Source: an uncultured Prochlorococcus sp. (GTDB taxonomy: Bacteria; Cyanobacteriota; Cyanobacteriia; PCC-6307; Cyanobiaceae). From it: DNA of 64,000 nucleotides. Positions 1-11,088 of this stretch are shown here, piece by piece. The stretch lies in NCBI GenBank assembly GCA_902625845.1, contig CACOCT010000004.1:2778-66777 (forward strand). Direction: 5' to 3'. Both the position numbers and the translations under genes were made by a program. The notes under the pieces are model-generated. The model saw only the letters and a list, made by a program, of their open reading frames with translations, ran no database searches and was not told the origin of the DNA. The stretch's first letter is position 1. Each line of letters begins with the position of its first letter.

Positions 1-2520
1 ATGATCGCCTTCATCAAGTTTCTGCAGTCTTACCCCAGTAGCAGCTCTAGATTGTTGAGAAATTTTATCAGCATTTGTTCTTACTATTACTCCTTTCTCT
101 GTAACAAGAAGAATCTCCTCACCTTTACCAAGAACTTTTAATCCAACAAGAACATCATTATTAATTCTGAATTTTATAGCTTTCAAACCCATCCCTGCTC
201 TTTTTTGCAATTTAAACTGAGTTACAGGAACTCTCTTACCTAAACCAAATGAACTAGCAACTAAAACCCATGGCCCCTTAGATAAATTATCATCCGATTC
301 ATCATTAGCATCAATATCTATCTCATTAAGATTAGATAATTGCTCTACAAGTTCAGAGGTTAACACATCCATTGAAACGAGTTGATCTCCATTCCTTAAA
401 TTCATTGATTTCACCCCTCTAGCTGTCCTACCAAGAGGTCTTAATTCGTTCATATCAAGTCTGAAATGAATTGTCATACCTTTACCTGAACCAATTAAGA
501 CACTATCACCTTCACTAGAAGACCTTACCCAAGTAAGTGCATCTCCTTCTTCTAAACTTATAGCGATAAGACCATTTGAACGTATTTTTGAAAAAGCTGA
601 AAGAGGGGTTCTTTTTATGAATCCACCCTTTGTTAGCATCAATAAATAATAATCATTTTCAAAAGATTCAACAGATAACAATGAAGTTATTTGTTCTTCT
701 CTTGGTATGGGAAGTAGCTGGACAGAAGGAGTTCCTTTCGCAGTTCTACTACTTAATGGAACTCTATATGCTGGGAGAGCATAAGCCACGCCTCTATCGC
801 TAAAAAGTAAGAGAGTATCATGATCATTACAACTTATGAATAACTTAACTTCATCATCACCTTGATTTTTGGTACCAGCTTTACCTCTAGAGCCTCTACT
901 AGTTGACTCAAATTCACTAACTGGCATTCTCTTTAAATAACCAGTCTTTGTTAACAAAACGACGGATCTTTCATTTGCTATTAAATCAATATCATCTAAT
1001 CCTGCACCTAAATTTAGTATTTCTGTTTTCCTTGGAGAATCAAATCTATCTCTTATTTTTTTGAGTTCATTTAAAATTATTTCAAAAATCTTATCCTTAT
1101 TATTCAAAATATTTTTATACTCTAAGATTTTTCTTGTGAGTTCATCATGTTCATCTTTTATTTTATCTGCCTCAAGTGCTGTCAATCTTCGAAGCTGCAT
1201 TTGCAAGATAGCATCAGCCTGAATTAAAGATAATTCATGATTATATTGCAACAGCTCTCTTGCAGAAGAGGTATCTTTTGCGCCTCTTATTAAATTAATA
1301 ATTTCATCCATACTATTAAGAGCTATTAACAAACCTTGAATAATATGATCCCTTTCTTCTGCTTTTCTTAGTAAGAAAGTAGTTCTTCTTCTTATAGTTT
1401 CAATTCTAAAATCTAAAAAAACCTCTAACATTCTTTTAAGCGAGAGTGTTGTAGGTTCTCCATTAACAAGCGCAAGTATATTTGCACTAAAATTATTTTG
1501 TAAAGGAGTTAATTTAAATAAATTATTTAAGACCACTTGTGGATATGAATCTCTCTTTAACTCGATAACGATTCTCATTCCATCTCTATCACTCTCGTCC
1601 CTAATATCTGAAATCCCCTCTAACTTTTTATCATTTACTAAATCTGCAATTCTCTCAATTAAAGCTGCTTTATTTGTTTGAAAAGGTAGTTCAGTAATTA
1701 TTACAGCATCTTTTTCAGGCCTTCCTGGAAACTTTAATTGATGAACTTCAGCAACACCTCTCATAGTAATTGATCCCTTCCCAGAAAGATAAGTTTCTCT
1801 AATACCTTCTTTTCCTAATATTTGTCCACCCGTAGGAAAATCTGGTCCTTTGATAAACTCAAACAAATCTTTTTCTTCCATTTCAGGATCTTTAATTAGA
1901 GCTTCTAAACCATCTATTAATTCTCCTAAATTATGAGGTGGTATATTGGTAGCCATACCAACAGCTATTCCAGAGGAACCATTTAGAAGAAGTTGTGGAA
2001 TTCTGGCAGGTAAAACAGTAGGCTCTTGCTGTGAACCATCAAAGTTATCAGAGAAATCAACAGTCTCTGATTCAATATCTTCTAGCAATCCTTCATCTGT
2101 TAAGGCTTTTAATCGTGATTCTGTATATCGCATTGCTGCAGGAGGATCATTATCTACTGAACCAAAATTCCCATGACCATCTATTAGAGGCATTCTCATG
2201 GAGAAATCTTGCGCCATCCTTACTAGAGCATCATATACAGCGGTATCACCATGAGGATGATATTTACCAAGGACTTCACCCACGACTCTTGCACATTTTC
2301 GATAAGGTCTACCGCTGGTTAAACCGAGCTCATACATTGCGTATAGTATTCTTCTATGAACGGGTTTAAGTCCATCTCTTGCATCTGGTAATGCTCTTCC
2401 TACTATGACACTCATCGCGTATTCAAGATAGGATCGAGACATCTCGTTTCTTAAGTCAGTTTGGATAATGCGATTATTATCATTTAATTCATTTTCTCCG
2501 GTGTCTTTATTATCAGCCAT
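1..2520 (-). CDS. gyrA: DNA gyrase subunit A (3' end runs off the window)
   Basis: Not in the ORF track because it has no stop in the window. Manual minus-strand translation from ATG at 2520: MADNKDTG...[34 protein letters not shown]...GKYHPHGD...AAMRYTE. Confidence 0.95.
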   Translation of the reverse strand, partial: MADNKDTGENELNDNNRIIQTDLRNEMSRSYLEYAMSVIVGRALPDARDGLKPVHRRILYAMYELGLTSGRPYRKCARVVGEVLGKYHPHGDTAVYDALVRMAQDFSMRMPLIDGHGNFGSVDNDPPAAMRYTESRLKALTDEGLLEDIESETVDFSDNFDGSQQEPTVLPARIPQLLLNGSSGIAVGMATNIPPHNLGELIDGLEALIKDPEMEEKDLFEFIKGPDFPTGGQILGKEGIRETYLSGKGSITMRGVAEVHQLKFPGRPEKDAVIITELPFQTNKAALIERIADLVNDKKLEGISDIRDESDRDGMRIVIELKRDSYPQVVLNNLFKLTPLQNNFSANILALVNGEPTTLSLKRMLEVFLDFRIETIRRRTTFLLRKAEERDHIIQGLLIALNSMDEIINLIRGAKDTSSARELLQYNHELSLIQADAILQMQLRRLTALEADKIKDEHDELTRKILEYKNILNNKDKIFEIILNELKKIRDRFDSPRKTEILNLGAGLDDIDLIANERSVVLLTKTGYLKRMPVSEFESTSRGSRGKAGTKNQGDDEVKLFISCNDHDTLLLFSDRGVAYALPAYRVPLSSRTAKGTPSVQLLPIPREEQITSLLSVESFENDYYLLMLTKGGFIKRTPLSAFSKIRSNGLIAISLEEGDALTWVRSSSEGDSVLIGSGKGMTIHFRLDMNELRPLGRTARGVKSMNLRNGDQLVSMDVLTSELVEQLSNLNEIDIDANDESDDNLSKGPWVLVASSFGLGKRVPVTQFKLQKRAGMGLKAIKFRINNDVLVGLKVLGKGEEILLVTEKGVIVRTNADKISQQSRAATGVRLQKLDEGDH

Positions 2521-2703
2521 ATAAAAATCCTTTATCCAATAATAGTGCTTTTAATCAATAATGATTAAAAAAAAATTAGTTAAAAATTGTCAAATACTCA
2601 CATAAGAAATGCAAATAATAAAAAATTCTTTTTTTTCTTGAAAAAATATTGGCTTTTCATACCTTTAGTTGTTAATTTAATCAAAATATATAGGATTAAT
2701 AAC

Positions 2704-3867
2704 GTGAATATTGAACTCGGTCTAAACAAAATCGTTCGCAGAGCTTACGGAATAGATGAAATAGCCTTAGTGCCAGGTAAAAGGACATTGGATTATGAGC
2801 TAACAAATGCATCTTGGACTATAGGGGATTTTAAGAGAGAAATCCCAATTATTGCTAGTGCAATGGATAGTGTAGTTGACGTAAAGACAGCGATTGAACT
2901 TTCTAATATGGGAGCATTAGGAGTATTAAACATGGAGGGGATACAGACAAGATATGAAGACCCTAAGATTGTTTTGGAACAAATTTCCACAGTTGGGAAA
3001 TCTGAATTTGTTCCATTAATGCAAAAAATTTATAGTGAACCCATAAAAATAGACCTAATAAAAAAAAGAGTAAGCGAGATAAAAGAAAAGGGTGGAATAG
3101 CGGCATTAAGTGGTACACCTCAAGCATCAATCAAATTTAATGACGCACTAAGAGATTCAGATCTAGATTTATTTTTTTTGCAAGGTACTGTTGTTTCAAC
3201 TGAACATGAAGGTACAAATGGTCAAGAATCATTAGATATAGAGGATCTATGTAAATCTCTGGATGTTCCTATCATTGCAGGTAATTGCGTAACATATGAA
3301 GTCGCCAATCGCCTTATGAAGGCGGGAGTTGCAGGCCTTATGGTTGGCATCGGTCCTGGAGCTGCCTGTACTTCAAGAGGAGTATTAGGTATTGGAGTGC
3401 CACAAGCTACCGCCATTGCCGATTGTAGTTCAGCTAGAGATGATTTTTTTAATGAAAGCGGAAAGTATATCCCTATAATTGGAGATGGGGGAATAGTTAC
3501 AGGAGGAGATATTTGCAAATGCATTGCATGCGGAGCTGATGCCGTAATGATTGGATCACCCATAGCAAGAGCAACAACAGCTCCGGGGAATGGTTTCCAT
3601 TGGGGTATGGCAACACCCAGTCAGATTTTGCCAAGAGGAACACGAATAGAAGTTGGTTCAACAGGATCATTGGAGAGGATCTTGAAAGGTCCTGCTTTGC
3701 TAGATGATGGGACGCATAATCTTTTGGGCGCGATAAGAACTTCAATGAGTACTCTTGGTGCAAAAAACATTAAAGAAATGCAGAATGTAGAAATTGTAAT
3801 TGCTCCTGCTCTCTTAACGGAGGGTAAAGTTTATCAAAAAGCCCAACAGCTTGGTATGGGTAAATAA
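2704..3867 (+). CDS. guaB: IMP dehydrogenase family (GuaB3-type)
   Basis: ASAMDSVV and VGIGPGAACTSR motifs; GTG at 2704 preferred to the upstream low-complexity extension. Confidence 0.92.
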   Translation: MNIELGLNKIVRRAYGIDEIALVPGKRTLDYELTNASWTIGDFKREIPIIASAMDSVVDVKTAIELSNMGALGVLNMEGIQTRYEDPKIVLEQISTVGKSEFVPLMQKIYSEPIKIDLIKKRVSEIKEKGGIAALSGTPQASIKFNDALRDSDLDLFFLQGTVVSTEHEGTNGQESLDIEDLCKSLDVPIIAGNCVTYEVANRLMKAGVAGLMVGIGPGAACTSRGVLGIGVPQATAIADCSSARDDFFNESGKYIPIIGDGGIVTGGDICKCIACGADAVMIGSPIARATTAPGNGFHWGMATPSQILPRGTRIEVGSTGSLERILKGPALLDDGTHNLLGAIRTSMSTLGAKNIKEMQNVEIVIAPALLTEGKVYQKAQQLGMGK

Positions 3868-3921
3868 AATAAAGTGTTAGAGAAAGAGAACAAAATACTA
3901 TTAAGGAGCTATTATTAAAAA

Positions 3922-3978
3922 ATGGGGGAAACCCCATACTCCTCACACACGAATCGCCCGATTTATCGGGCTTTTTTT
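3922..3978 (+). ncRNA. yfr1: Yfr1 small RNA
   Basis: 5' hairpin ATGGGG-GAAA-CCCCAT, unpaired ACTCCTCACAC motif (3938-3948), terminator GCCCGAT-TT-ATCGGGC-T7, canonical guaB-trxA position, TATTAT -10 at 3910-3915. Confidence 0.95.
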
Positions 3979-4070
3979 AATACAATTTGTTACTTATATT
4001 TTCTATATCTGTAATGAAATCATCACTAAGAAAAATAGACTGCTAAATTTTCTAAAGGAATATATAAATT

Positions 4071-4394
4071 ATGTCATCAGCTCCTGCCGTTACTGACTCT
4101 TCATTTGACAAAGAAGTCTTACAAAGTGATCTACCTGTTCTAGTTGATTTTTGGGCTCCTTGGTGTGGACCATGTAGAATGGTTGCCCCAATAGTTGAAG
4201 AAATTTCTAAAGACTTTGAAGGGAAAATTAAAGTTTTCAAACTAAATACAGATGAGAATCCCAATGTGGCAAGTCAGTATGGAATAAGGAGCATACCTAC
4301 ATTAATGATATTCAAAGGTGGCCAGAAAGTTGATACTGTCGTAGGAGCAGTGCCAAAAGGAACTCTTTCAAGTACACTATCCAAGCATCTCTAA
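4071..4394 (+). CDS. trxA: Thioredoxin (m-type)
   Basis: WCGPC active site. Confidence 0.96.
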   Translation: MSSAPAVTDSSFDKEVLQSDLPVLVDFWAPWCGPCRMVAPIVEEISKDFEGKIKVFKLNTDENPNVASQYGIRSIPTLMIFKGGQKVDTVVGAVPKGTLSSTLSKHL

Positions 4395-4400
4395 AATATA

Positions 4401-5015
4401 GTGAGCAAGATAGGACTTATTGATTATGGAATGGGTAATATACATTCAGTCAAGAAAGCGATTGAGAACCTAGACGAAGAAGTCCTATTAATAAAAAGCA
4501 AGTTGCAAATTAGTAGCTGTAAAGCCTTAATAATCCCAGGACAAGGTGCTTTTGATCCTGCTATGGAAAATTTAAATAAGACAGGTTTAGTTGATGAAAT
4601 CAAAAAGTGGATTAACAGTGGCAAATCATTCATGGGTATTTGTCTTGGATTACAAATCCTTTTTGATGAAAGTGAAGAAGGAACAAATAAAGGGATAGGA
4701 ATCATTAAAGGAAAAGTTAAAAAGATTCCCCCTATAAAGAATCAGAGGTTACCTCATATTGGTTGGTGCAATTTAGTTCCCTCAAAAGATGGCAAATTGC
4801 TTTTTAAAGGAGAAATAAATAAATGGGTTTACTTTGATCATTCTTACTATGCAGCACCTAATGATGAGAGTTTTGTCACCGCAAGCGTAGAATATGGTCC
4901 AATTAACTTAACTGCAATTATTGAAAATGAAAATTTAATAGCATGTCAATTTCATCCAGAGAAATCTGGAAATATTGGACAATCTTTTTTATCTAGATGG
5001 CTAAAAACTATCTAA
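4401..5015 (+). CDS. hisH: Imidazole glycerol phosphate synthase glutaminase subunit
   Basis: DYGMGN, GICLG and QFHPEKS motifs. Confidence 0.95.
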   Translation: MSKIGLIDYGMGNIHSVKKAIENLDEEVLLIKSKLQISSCKALIIPGQGAFDPAMENLNKTGLVDEIKKWINSGKSFMGICLGLQILFDESEEGTNKGIGIIKGKVKKIPPIKNQRLPHIGWCNLVPSKDGKLLFKGEINKWVYFDHSYYAAPNDESFVTASVEYGPINLTAIIENENLIACQFHPEKSGNIGQSFLSRWLKTI

Positions 5016-5025
5016 TAAGAAATCT

Positions 5026-5613
5026 ATGAAGACTAGCTTAACTCTGATTGGAGGGAAAAGGATTGAGAGCCCAAAGTCAAATAAAACAAGGCCAACAACA
5101 CTAATGGTAAGACAAGCAATTTTTAATATTTTGAATAAAAAAGTAGAAAATTCTAATTGGCTTGATTTATTTAGTGGTTCCGGTGCTATTTCATGTGAAG
5201 CCTTCAATCATGGAGCAAAGAAAATTGTTGCAGTTGAAAAAGACAGGATAACTGCTAACTTATGTAAGAAAAATTTATTTTCATTAAAAGATTCACAATC
5301 AAGAGATATCGATATAAACATAATTTGCAAGGATGTAATACCTTGGATTAGAAACTTTATTGGCACCAAATTATTAGAAAAAAATAATCTTGAAAATATA
5401 AAATTTGATTTTATTTATATTGATCCACCATATAAAAACAACATTTATAAAAGCCTATTAATAGATTTGTTCAAATCCCATCTCTTAACAAAAAAAACAA
5501 TTGTAATTTGTGAGCATTCAAAAAATGAAGTAATCAAAAAAGATCCATTATGGAAAGTAGAAGATACTAGATTATACGGTCAAACTAAACTGACTTTTTT
5601 AGTCAAAATCTAA
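5026..5613 (+). CDS. rsmD: 16S rRNA m2G966 methyltransferase
   Basis: [16 protein letters not shown] and YG motifs. Confidence 0.9.
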   Translation: MKTSLTLIGGKRIESPKSNKTRPTTLMVRQAIFNILNKKVENSNWLDLFSGSGAISCEAFNHGAKKIVAVEKDRITANLCKKNLFSLKDSQSRDIDINIICKDVIPWIRNFIGTKLLEKNNLENIKFDFIYIDPPYKNNIYKSLLIDLFKSHLLTKKTIVICEHSKNEVIKKDPLWKVEDTRLYGQTKLTFLVKI

Positions 5614-5718
5614 CATGCCAGAACCTCTCCGGTATTGATTCCATGCACTAACAAATAAACCTAAGAGAGTTATGGGAACTAACCCTAAAACAATTCCACA
5701 AAGCAAAGGCTCAATCAT
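5599..5718 (-). CDS. petG: Cytochrome b6f subunit 5
   Basis: Manual translation [39 protein letters not shown]; below the ORF-track cutoff. Confidence 0.95.
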   Translation of the reverse strand: MIEPLLCGIVLGLVPITLLGLFVSAWNQYRRGSGMLDFD

Positions 5719-5935
5719 TTTCTTCTATTCCTTTTATAAATTTATTTTTGCATAAAAAATATTTTTTGCATTAATATCTTCATCAAATGCAGCATAATAA
5801 AGTCAGAACAAATTTATTACTAATCTTATTTAAGGTAATATATTTGAGTATAAGTATAAAAATAAAAATTAATTGAAATAATTATGATAACTTCTTTAGG
5901 CAAAGATCTATTTTTAAGTTTTTTAGTTACGTAAA

Positions 5936-6685
5936 TTGAATCTCAAAGAAACTAATTTTAATCTTAAAATAATTTTAGTTGAACCCCATGGGCCACTGAA
6001 TGTAGGAAGCATTGCAAGATTGTGTTCAAATTTCAATGTTGATCAACTAAGAATAGTTTCCCCAAAATGCAATATCTTTTCGTCAGAGACAAAAAAGATG
6101 GCTCTAAAAGGTATGAAATTTATTAAGGAATGCAATATATATGAATCTCTAATAGATTCAATTTCAGATTGTAATTTAGTACTGGCAACTTGTGGAAGGA
6201 TTGACTACCCAAAAGGACAAGAGCTAAATTCCCTAGAGAATATATCCAGTTGGATTAAAGAGTTTAAAGAAGTGAACAACTTAGCAATTATTTTTGGTCG
6301 AGAGGATAGAGGTTTAACAAACAGAGAATTACTAATGGCTCATAAAGTTTTTACAATTTATACCCATAAAGGTTTCCCTTCCTTGAATTTATCTCATGCT
6401 ATTTCCATTGTTCTATATGAATTATCAAAGATTACAAAAAATGATAATATTGTGAAAAAAAAGGATTTGGATTTTGCCAACTCAAAACAAATAGAAGATT
6501 CTTTTTTAGAGATAGAAAAACTTCTACTAAAAACTGGTTATCTACTCCCTCATACTTTAAATGCAAAAATAAGTAAATTTAAAAAATTCATTCACAAAGC
6601 TGAGACTTCTAAGCATGAATTAGATACATTAAGAGGAATAGTTAATCAAATAAATTGGGCACTTGATAATAGAAATAAAATATAA
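5936..6685 (+). CDS. trmJ: SPOUT tRNA methyltransferase, TrmJ family
   Basis: LVEP..PLNVGS.AR, IFGREDRGL and PSLNLSHA motifs. Confidence 0.85.
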   Translation: MNLKETNFNLKIILVEPHGPLNVGSIARLCSNFNVDQLRIVSPKCNIFSSETKKMALKGMKFIKECNIYESLIDSISDCNLVLATCGRIDYPKGQELNSLENISSWIKEFKEVNNLAIIFGREDRGLTNRELLMAHKVFTIYTHKGFPSLNLSHAISIVLYELSKITKNDNIVKKKDLDFANSKQIEDSFLEIEKLLLKTGYLLPHTLNAKISKFKKFIHKAETSKHELDTLRGIVNQINWALDNRNKI

Positions 6686-6840
6686 TTTTACTTAAATGAA
6701 ATTTTTAATTTATTATTTTTACTTAGCAAAATTTAAAAAATATGATAAATCTATTTATGTTTTTTTCTAAATGATATTTACTAATATCAATATCTGAAGT
6801 AACATCAAAATTCATAAGAAATATAGTTAAGAAAATCAAC

Positions 6841-7932
6841 GTGAATCTAACCAAGAAAAGAAGAGTTTTCCCCTTTACAGCCGTTATTGGGCAGGAAGAA
6901 ATGAAATTAGCGCTTCTTTTAAATGTAATTGATCCAAGAATTGGAGGTGTAATGATAATGGGTGATAGAGGAACAGGAAAGTCAACGACTATAAGAGCAT
7001 TAGCAGATCTATTACCTGCTATTGAAGTAGTTAAAGGAGATCCATACAATAGTTCTCCAAATGATCCTGATTTACAGAGTCAAGAAGTTCTTGAAAGGAT
7101 TGAAGAAGGAAATAATTTAGAGCTTGATAACAAACAAGTACCAATGGTCGATCTACCCCTAGGAGCAACTGAGGATAGATTATGTGGAACTATTGATATT
7201 GAAAAAGCGTTAAGCGAAGGTATTAAAGCTTTCGAACCTGGTCTTTTAGCTAAGGCCAATAGAGGTCTTTTATATGTTGATGAAGTAAATTTATTAGATG
7301 ATCATTTAGTTGATGTACTCTTAGATTCTGCAGCATCTGGATGGAATACAGTTGAAAGAGAAGGAGTATCAGTTAGACACCCAGCTAGATTCGTTCTAAT
7401 AGGCTCTGGAAATCCAGAGGAAGGTGAACTTAGACCACAATTGTTGGATAGATTTGGAATGAGTGTTGAAGTAAAAACTGTAAGAGATGCTGATTTAAGA
7501 GTTAAAGTAGTAGATCAAAGAACCTCTTTTGATAATGATCCAGAAGGATTTACTAATATAATGAATGAAAAACAATCTGAGCTCCAGGAAAAGGTTATAG
7601 CAGCACAAAAAAATCTCAGTAAAGTAAAAATTGATGATGATTTAAGATTAAATATTTCTGCTATTTGTGGCGAATTAGATGTTGATGGATTAAGAGGTGA
7701 TATTGTCACTAATAGATCTGCCAAAGCAATCGCTGCCTTTGAAGGAAGAGATGAAGTTTCCGATGAAGATATAGCAAGAGTAATAACTTGCTCATTAAGA
7801 CATAGATTAAGAAAAGACCCTCTTGAACAAGTTGACTCTGGAGAAAAAGTGATTAAGGCGTTTTGCAAAATTTTTGAAATTGATGAAAAAGATAACCTAG
7901 CAAAATTTCAACTAGCAATAAATGAGGATTAA
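6841..7932 (+). CDS. chlI: Magnesium chelatase ATPase subunit I
   Basis: [22 protein letters not shown] and LYVDEVNLL motifs. Confidence 0.97.
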   Translation: MNLTKKRRVFPFTAVIGQEEMKLALLLNVIDPRIGGVMIMGDRGTGKSTTIRALADLLPAIEVVKGDPYNSSPNDPDLQSQEVLERIEEGNNLELDNKQVPMVDLPLGATEDRLCGTIDIEKALSEGIKAFEPGLLAKANRGLLYVDEVNLLDDHLVDVLLDSAASGWNTVEREGVSVRHPARFVLIGSGNPEEGELRPQLLDRFGMSVEVKTVRDADLRVKVVDQRTSFDNDPEGFTNIMNEKQSELQEKVIAAQKNLSKVKIDDDLRLNISAICGELDVDGLRGDIVTNRSAKAIAAFEGRDEVSDEDIARVITCSLRHRLRKDPLEQVDSGEKVIKAFCKIFEIDEKDNLAKFQLAINED

Positions 7933-7934
7933 TA

Positions 7935-8405
7935 TTGATTATTATTGGAATAGATCCTGGATTAGCAAGAGTAGGATATGGAATAATTAAAGTCAAAAGA
8001 AATGAAAAGACTGTTCTTGATTGCGGAATTATAGAGACAAAAAAAGATCAAAAAGAAGAAGGTAGGCTCCTTGAAATTTTCATGGATCTCAAAGAATTAC
8101 TTAATAAATGGGAACCAGATTATGCAGCTGTAGAAAAATTCTTTTTTTATAAATCGAGCACCACTATTAGCGTTGTACAGGCTAGAGGTGTAATTATGAT
8201 GACTCTAGGATCTTTTAATATACCTATAACTGAATATGCACCATCCCAAATAAAACTTACGATGACGGGATCTGGAAAAGCTTCAAAGAAAGATGTATTA
8301 GATTCAGTAATGTTTAGTTTAAGACTTGATTATCCTCCTAAACCAGATGACTCTGCAGATGCATTAGCTATCGCGTTAACTAAATTTAATGAATTAATAA
8401 ATTAA
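7935..8405 (+). CDS. ruvC: Holliday junction resolvase
   Basis: IGIDPG, VEKFFF and DDSADALA motifs. Confidence 0.95.
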   Translation: MIIIGIDPGLARVGYGIIKVKRNEKTVLDCGIIETKKDQKEEGRLLEIFMDLKELLNKWEPDYAAVEKFFFYKSSTTISVVQARGVIMMTLGSFNIPITEYAPSQIKLTMTGSGKASKKDVLDSVMFSLRLDYPPKPDDSADALAIALTKFNELIN

Positions 8406-8421
8406 AATTCTCATAAAAAAA

Positions 8422-8967
8422 ATGATTAAAAGTTTTGAAAGAGTTAAATTTAAAAAATTAATGAGTGAAAGCTCATCATTTGAGAGGATAAGAGTTAAAG
8501 AAAATGTAGAAAGATTTATAATAAATCTGGACAAAAATAAATGGATTAATAAATTTTTTGCAATTTATTGGCCTTTAAAAGATGAAGTGGATTTAAGGGA
8601 ATTAAGAAAAAAATATCCTTTAGCCTTGCCAAAATGTAATACAAACAAAAGTATTGATTTTTATATTTGGGATGACGCTCCTTTGATAAAAGATCAAGAA
8701 GGAATTTTTGCTCCAAATAATTCAAATTTATTAAATTCAAGACAAATATCGTATATTTTTGTTCCTTGTCTATCTGTTGACAAAAAATTAAATCGTCTTG
8801 GCTATGGAGGTGGTTATTATGACAAACTTAGAGCTAATAAAGATTGGAGATTAATCCCTTGTATTGGAGTTCTTACCAATAAATGTGTAAGTAAAAGTTT
8901 TTTAACTAAAGATAATTGGGATATTCCTTTAAGCGGATTCATTAGTGATAATGAAATTTCAATATAA
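8422..8967 (+). CDS. 5-formyltetrahydrofolate cyclo-ligase
   Basis: RLGYGGGYYD and WDIPL motifs. Confidence 0.9.
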   Translation: MIKSFERVKFKKLMSESSSFERIRVKENVERFIINLDKNKWINKFFAIYWPLKDEVDLRELRKKYPLALPKCNTNKSIDFYIWDDAPLIKDQEGIFAPNNSNLLNSRQISYIFVPCLSVDKKLNRLGYGGGYYDKLRANKDWRLIPCIGVLTNKCVSKSFLTKDNWDIPLSGFISDNEISI

Positions 8968-8992
8968 TAAAATAATTATTATTTAATTCAGG

Positions 8993-9421
8993 ATGGAAAA
9001 TAAGGAAATTTATTGCAAACTAAATAATATAGTTAAAAAGCTAAAATCAACTAATGATCCAAAAAGAAAATATGAATATATTTTATGGCTAGGAAAAAAA
9101 TTACCATCTCCTAGTAATGAAATATTAATTCCAGAAAATAAAGTAAAAGGATGCGTTTCAGAAGTTTATATTAAAGGCACACTTAAACAAGGGAAAATCT
9201 ATTGGCAAGGTTTTTCTGATGCCTTAATTACAAGAGGTTTATTATCATTTTTAATTAGTGGTTTAAATGAATTATCACCACAGGAAATCTTAAATTTAAG
9301 TAATAATTTTATAGAAGATACAGGTTTAAAAAAAAGTCTAACTCCTTCAAGATCTAATGGATTTTTAAATATTTTAATAAAAATGAAATCTCAAGCAAAT
9401 GAATTTTTAAATACACAATAA
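8993..9421 (+). CDS. sufE: Fe-S assembly sulfur acceptor SufE
   Basis: VKGCVSEV, SDALITRG and LTPSRSNG motifs. Confidence 0.92.
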   Translation: MENKEIYCKLNNIVKKLKSTNDPKRKYEYILWLGKKLPSPSNEILIPENKVKGCVSEVYIKGTLKQGKIYWQGFSDALITRGLLSFLISGLNELSPQEILNLSNNFIEDTGLKKSLTPSRSNGFLNILIKMKSQANEFLNTQ

Positions 9422-9453
9422 TATAAAATTAAAACTATCTACATTTATAGAAA

Positions 9454-10770
9454 ATGGATAAATTAAGAATAGGTATTATTGGTTTTGGAACTGTTGGTAA
9501 AGGGGTATATCAAATTCTAACTGGAAAAAAAGATGCTCATCCAATTCTAAAACAGATTGAAATTGTAAATATAGTAGTAAAAAATATTTCCAAGAAAAGA
9601 GACATTAATATAGATCAAGAAGTACTCATAAATGATCCCAACAAATTAATAGATGATCCTTCTATTGATGTAATAGTTGAGGTAATGGGAGGTACTGATA
9701 TTGCTAAGAATATTATTTTAAAATCCTTGAGAAATGGAAAGTCAGTTGTTACAGCTAATAAAGCAGTTATGGCTAGATATGGAGAAGAGATTCATAAAGT
9801 CGCGCTAGAAAATAGTGTCTACATACTATTTGAAGCTGCAGTTTGTGGAGGCATACCTATTATCGAGCCTCTGAAAAGATCTTTAAAAAGTAATCAAATT
9901 ACTAAAATGACAGGGATAATAAATGGTACTACAAATTTCATTTTGTCAAAAATGTCAACGGAGAAAGCCCCTTTTAAAGAAGGTTTAGATCTGGCACAAA
10001 AACTTGGGTATGCTGAACTAGATCCAAGCGCAGATGTTGAAGGACAAGATGCTACAGATAAAATTTCAATCCTTTCAGAATTAGCTTTTGGTGGAAAAAT
10101 TGATCGAAACAAAATTCATACAGAGGGTATTAATAAAATTGACTTAAAAGATATTGAATATGCCGATAAATTGGGTTTTGATATTAAATTATTAGCAGTT
10201 TCTGAACGAAATAAAGATGATGATAGTACTGATTCACTACCTCTAAATATTTGGGTTGGACCAACACTAATTCCTAAAAGTCATATCTTATCTACTATTG
10301 AAGGAGTGAATAATGCAATACTTGTAGAAGGTGATCCTATAGGAGAAATAATGCTTTATGGACCTGGCGCAGGAAGTGGTCCAACCGCATCTTCAGTAGT
10401 CTCAGATATTTTAAATTTGAAAGCTCTTTCAAAAAAAAATGATATTTCAAGAGATAAATTTATTGATCCTTTATTATCTTTTAATTTCTGGAGAAAATGC
10501 CATGTTATAAATTCGGAACAAATAAGAAAAAAAAATTACCTTAGAATTATGTGCGAAGACACACCTGGAGTTATAGGTAAAATCGGAAATATTTTTGGGA
10601 ATAATAATGTATCTATAGAATCTATTATTCAATTAGACGCGAGGAGAAATGAAGCAGAAATCGTTGTAATAACACATCATGTACCTAAAGGTAATATTGA
10701 TATTTCTAAAAACCAGTTAAACGCATTACCAGAAGTTAAATTTATTGCCGCTCAATTAAATTGTATTTAA
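9454..10770 (+). CDS. hom: Homoserine dehydrogenase with C-terminal ACT domain
   Basis: GFGTVG, VVTANK, GIINGTTN and GPGAG motifs. Confidence 0.95.
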   Translation: MDKLRIGIIGFGTVGKGVYQILTGKKDAHPILKQIEIVNIVVKNISKKRDINIDQEVLINDPNKLIDDPSIDVIVEVMGGTDIAKNIILKSLRNGKSVVTANKAVMARYGEEIHKVALENSVYILFEAAVCGGIPIIEPLKRSLKSNQITKMTGIINGTTNFILSKMSTEKAPFKEGLDLAQKLGYAELDPSADVEGQDATDKISILSELAFGGKIDRNKIHTEGINKIDLKDIEYADKLGFDIKLLAVSERNKDDDSTDSLPLNIWVGPTLIPKSHILSTIEGVNNAILVEGDPIGEIMLYGPGAGSGPTASSVVSDILNLKALSKKNDISRDKFIDPLLSFNFWRKCHVINSEQIRKKNYLRIMCEDTPGVIGKIGNIFGNNNVSIESIIQLDARRNEAEIVVITHHVPKGNIDISKNQLNALPEVKFIAAQLNCI

Positions 10771-10829
10771 ATTAATTTGCAAAAAGTAAAATAACTTGTT
10801 TAATCAAAGAAGAAATAATTTAATAGTAA

Positions 10830-11075
10830 ATGAATATTACTAAATATAAATTAAATAAAGATATTGATTCTTCTAATAAAATCAAAAAATTTATTGATAT
10901 TGGGAAATATGTAAAAATAATTAATTCTGAAAAGAATTATCAAGTAATTGGATTTAACCCTAAGATGAATATTTGCTGGGTTAGAGAGTGGCCTCTTAAT
11001 TTTTATAGCTATCAAACTTTTGAATTGTCAATAAATAAAATCTCAGTTTCATCATTATGTGAAATAAAGAGTTAA
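10830..11075 (+). CDS. Small hypothetical protein
   Basis: Co-oriented ORF filling the hom-ABC gap; YQVIG...CWVREWPL. Confidence 0.65.
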   Translation: MNITKYKLNKDIDSSNKIKKFIDIGKYVKIINSEKNYQVIGFNPKMNICWVREWPLNFYSYQTFELSINKISVSSLCEIKS

Positions 11076-11088
11076 TAGTTTTTTTATA

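Noticed and set aside
1946-2369. Plus-strand ORFs 1946-2176 and 2031-2369
   Set aside because: Antisense shadows of gyrA. The same applies to the many short opposite-strand ORFs inside guaB, hisH, chlI, polA, dxr, pnt, psbC, the porin and sppA.
2587-2703. N-terminal extensions of the ORF track (guaB; also polA 21771, psbC 39847, porin 49330, MIF 52689, DUF3386 54557)
   Set aside because: Artefacts of longest-ORF calling; downstream starts fit the family N-termini better.
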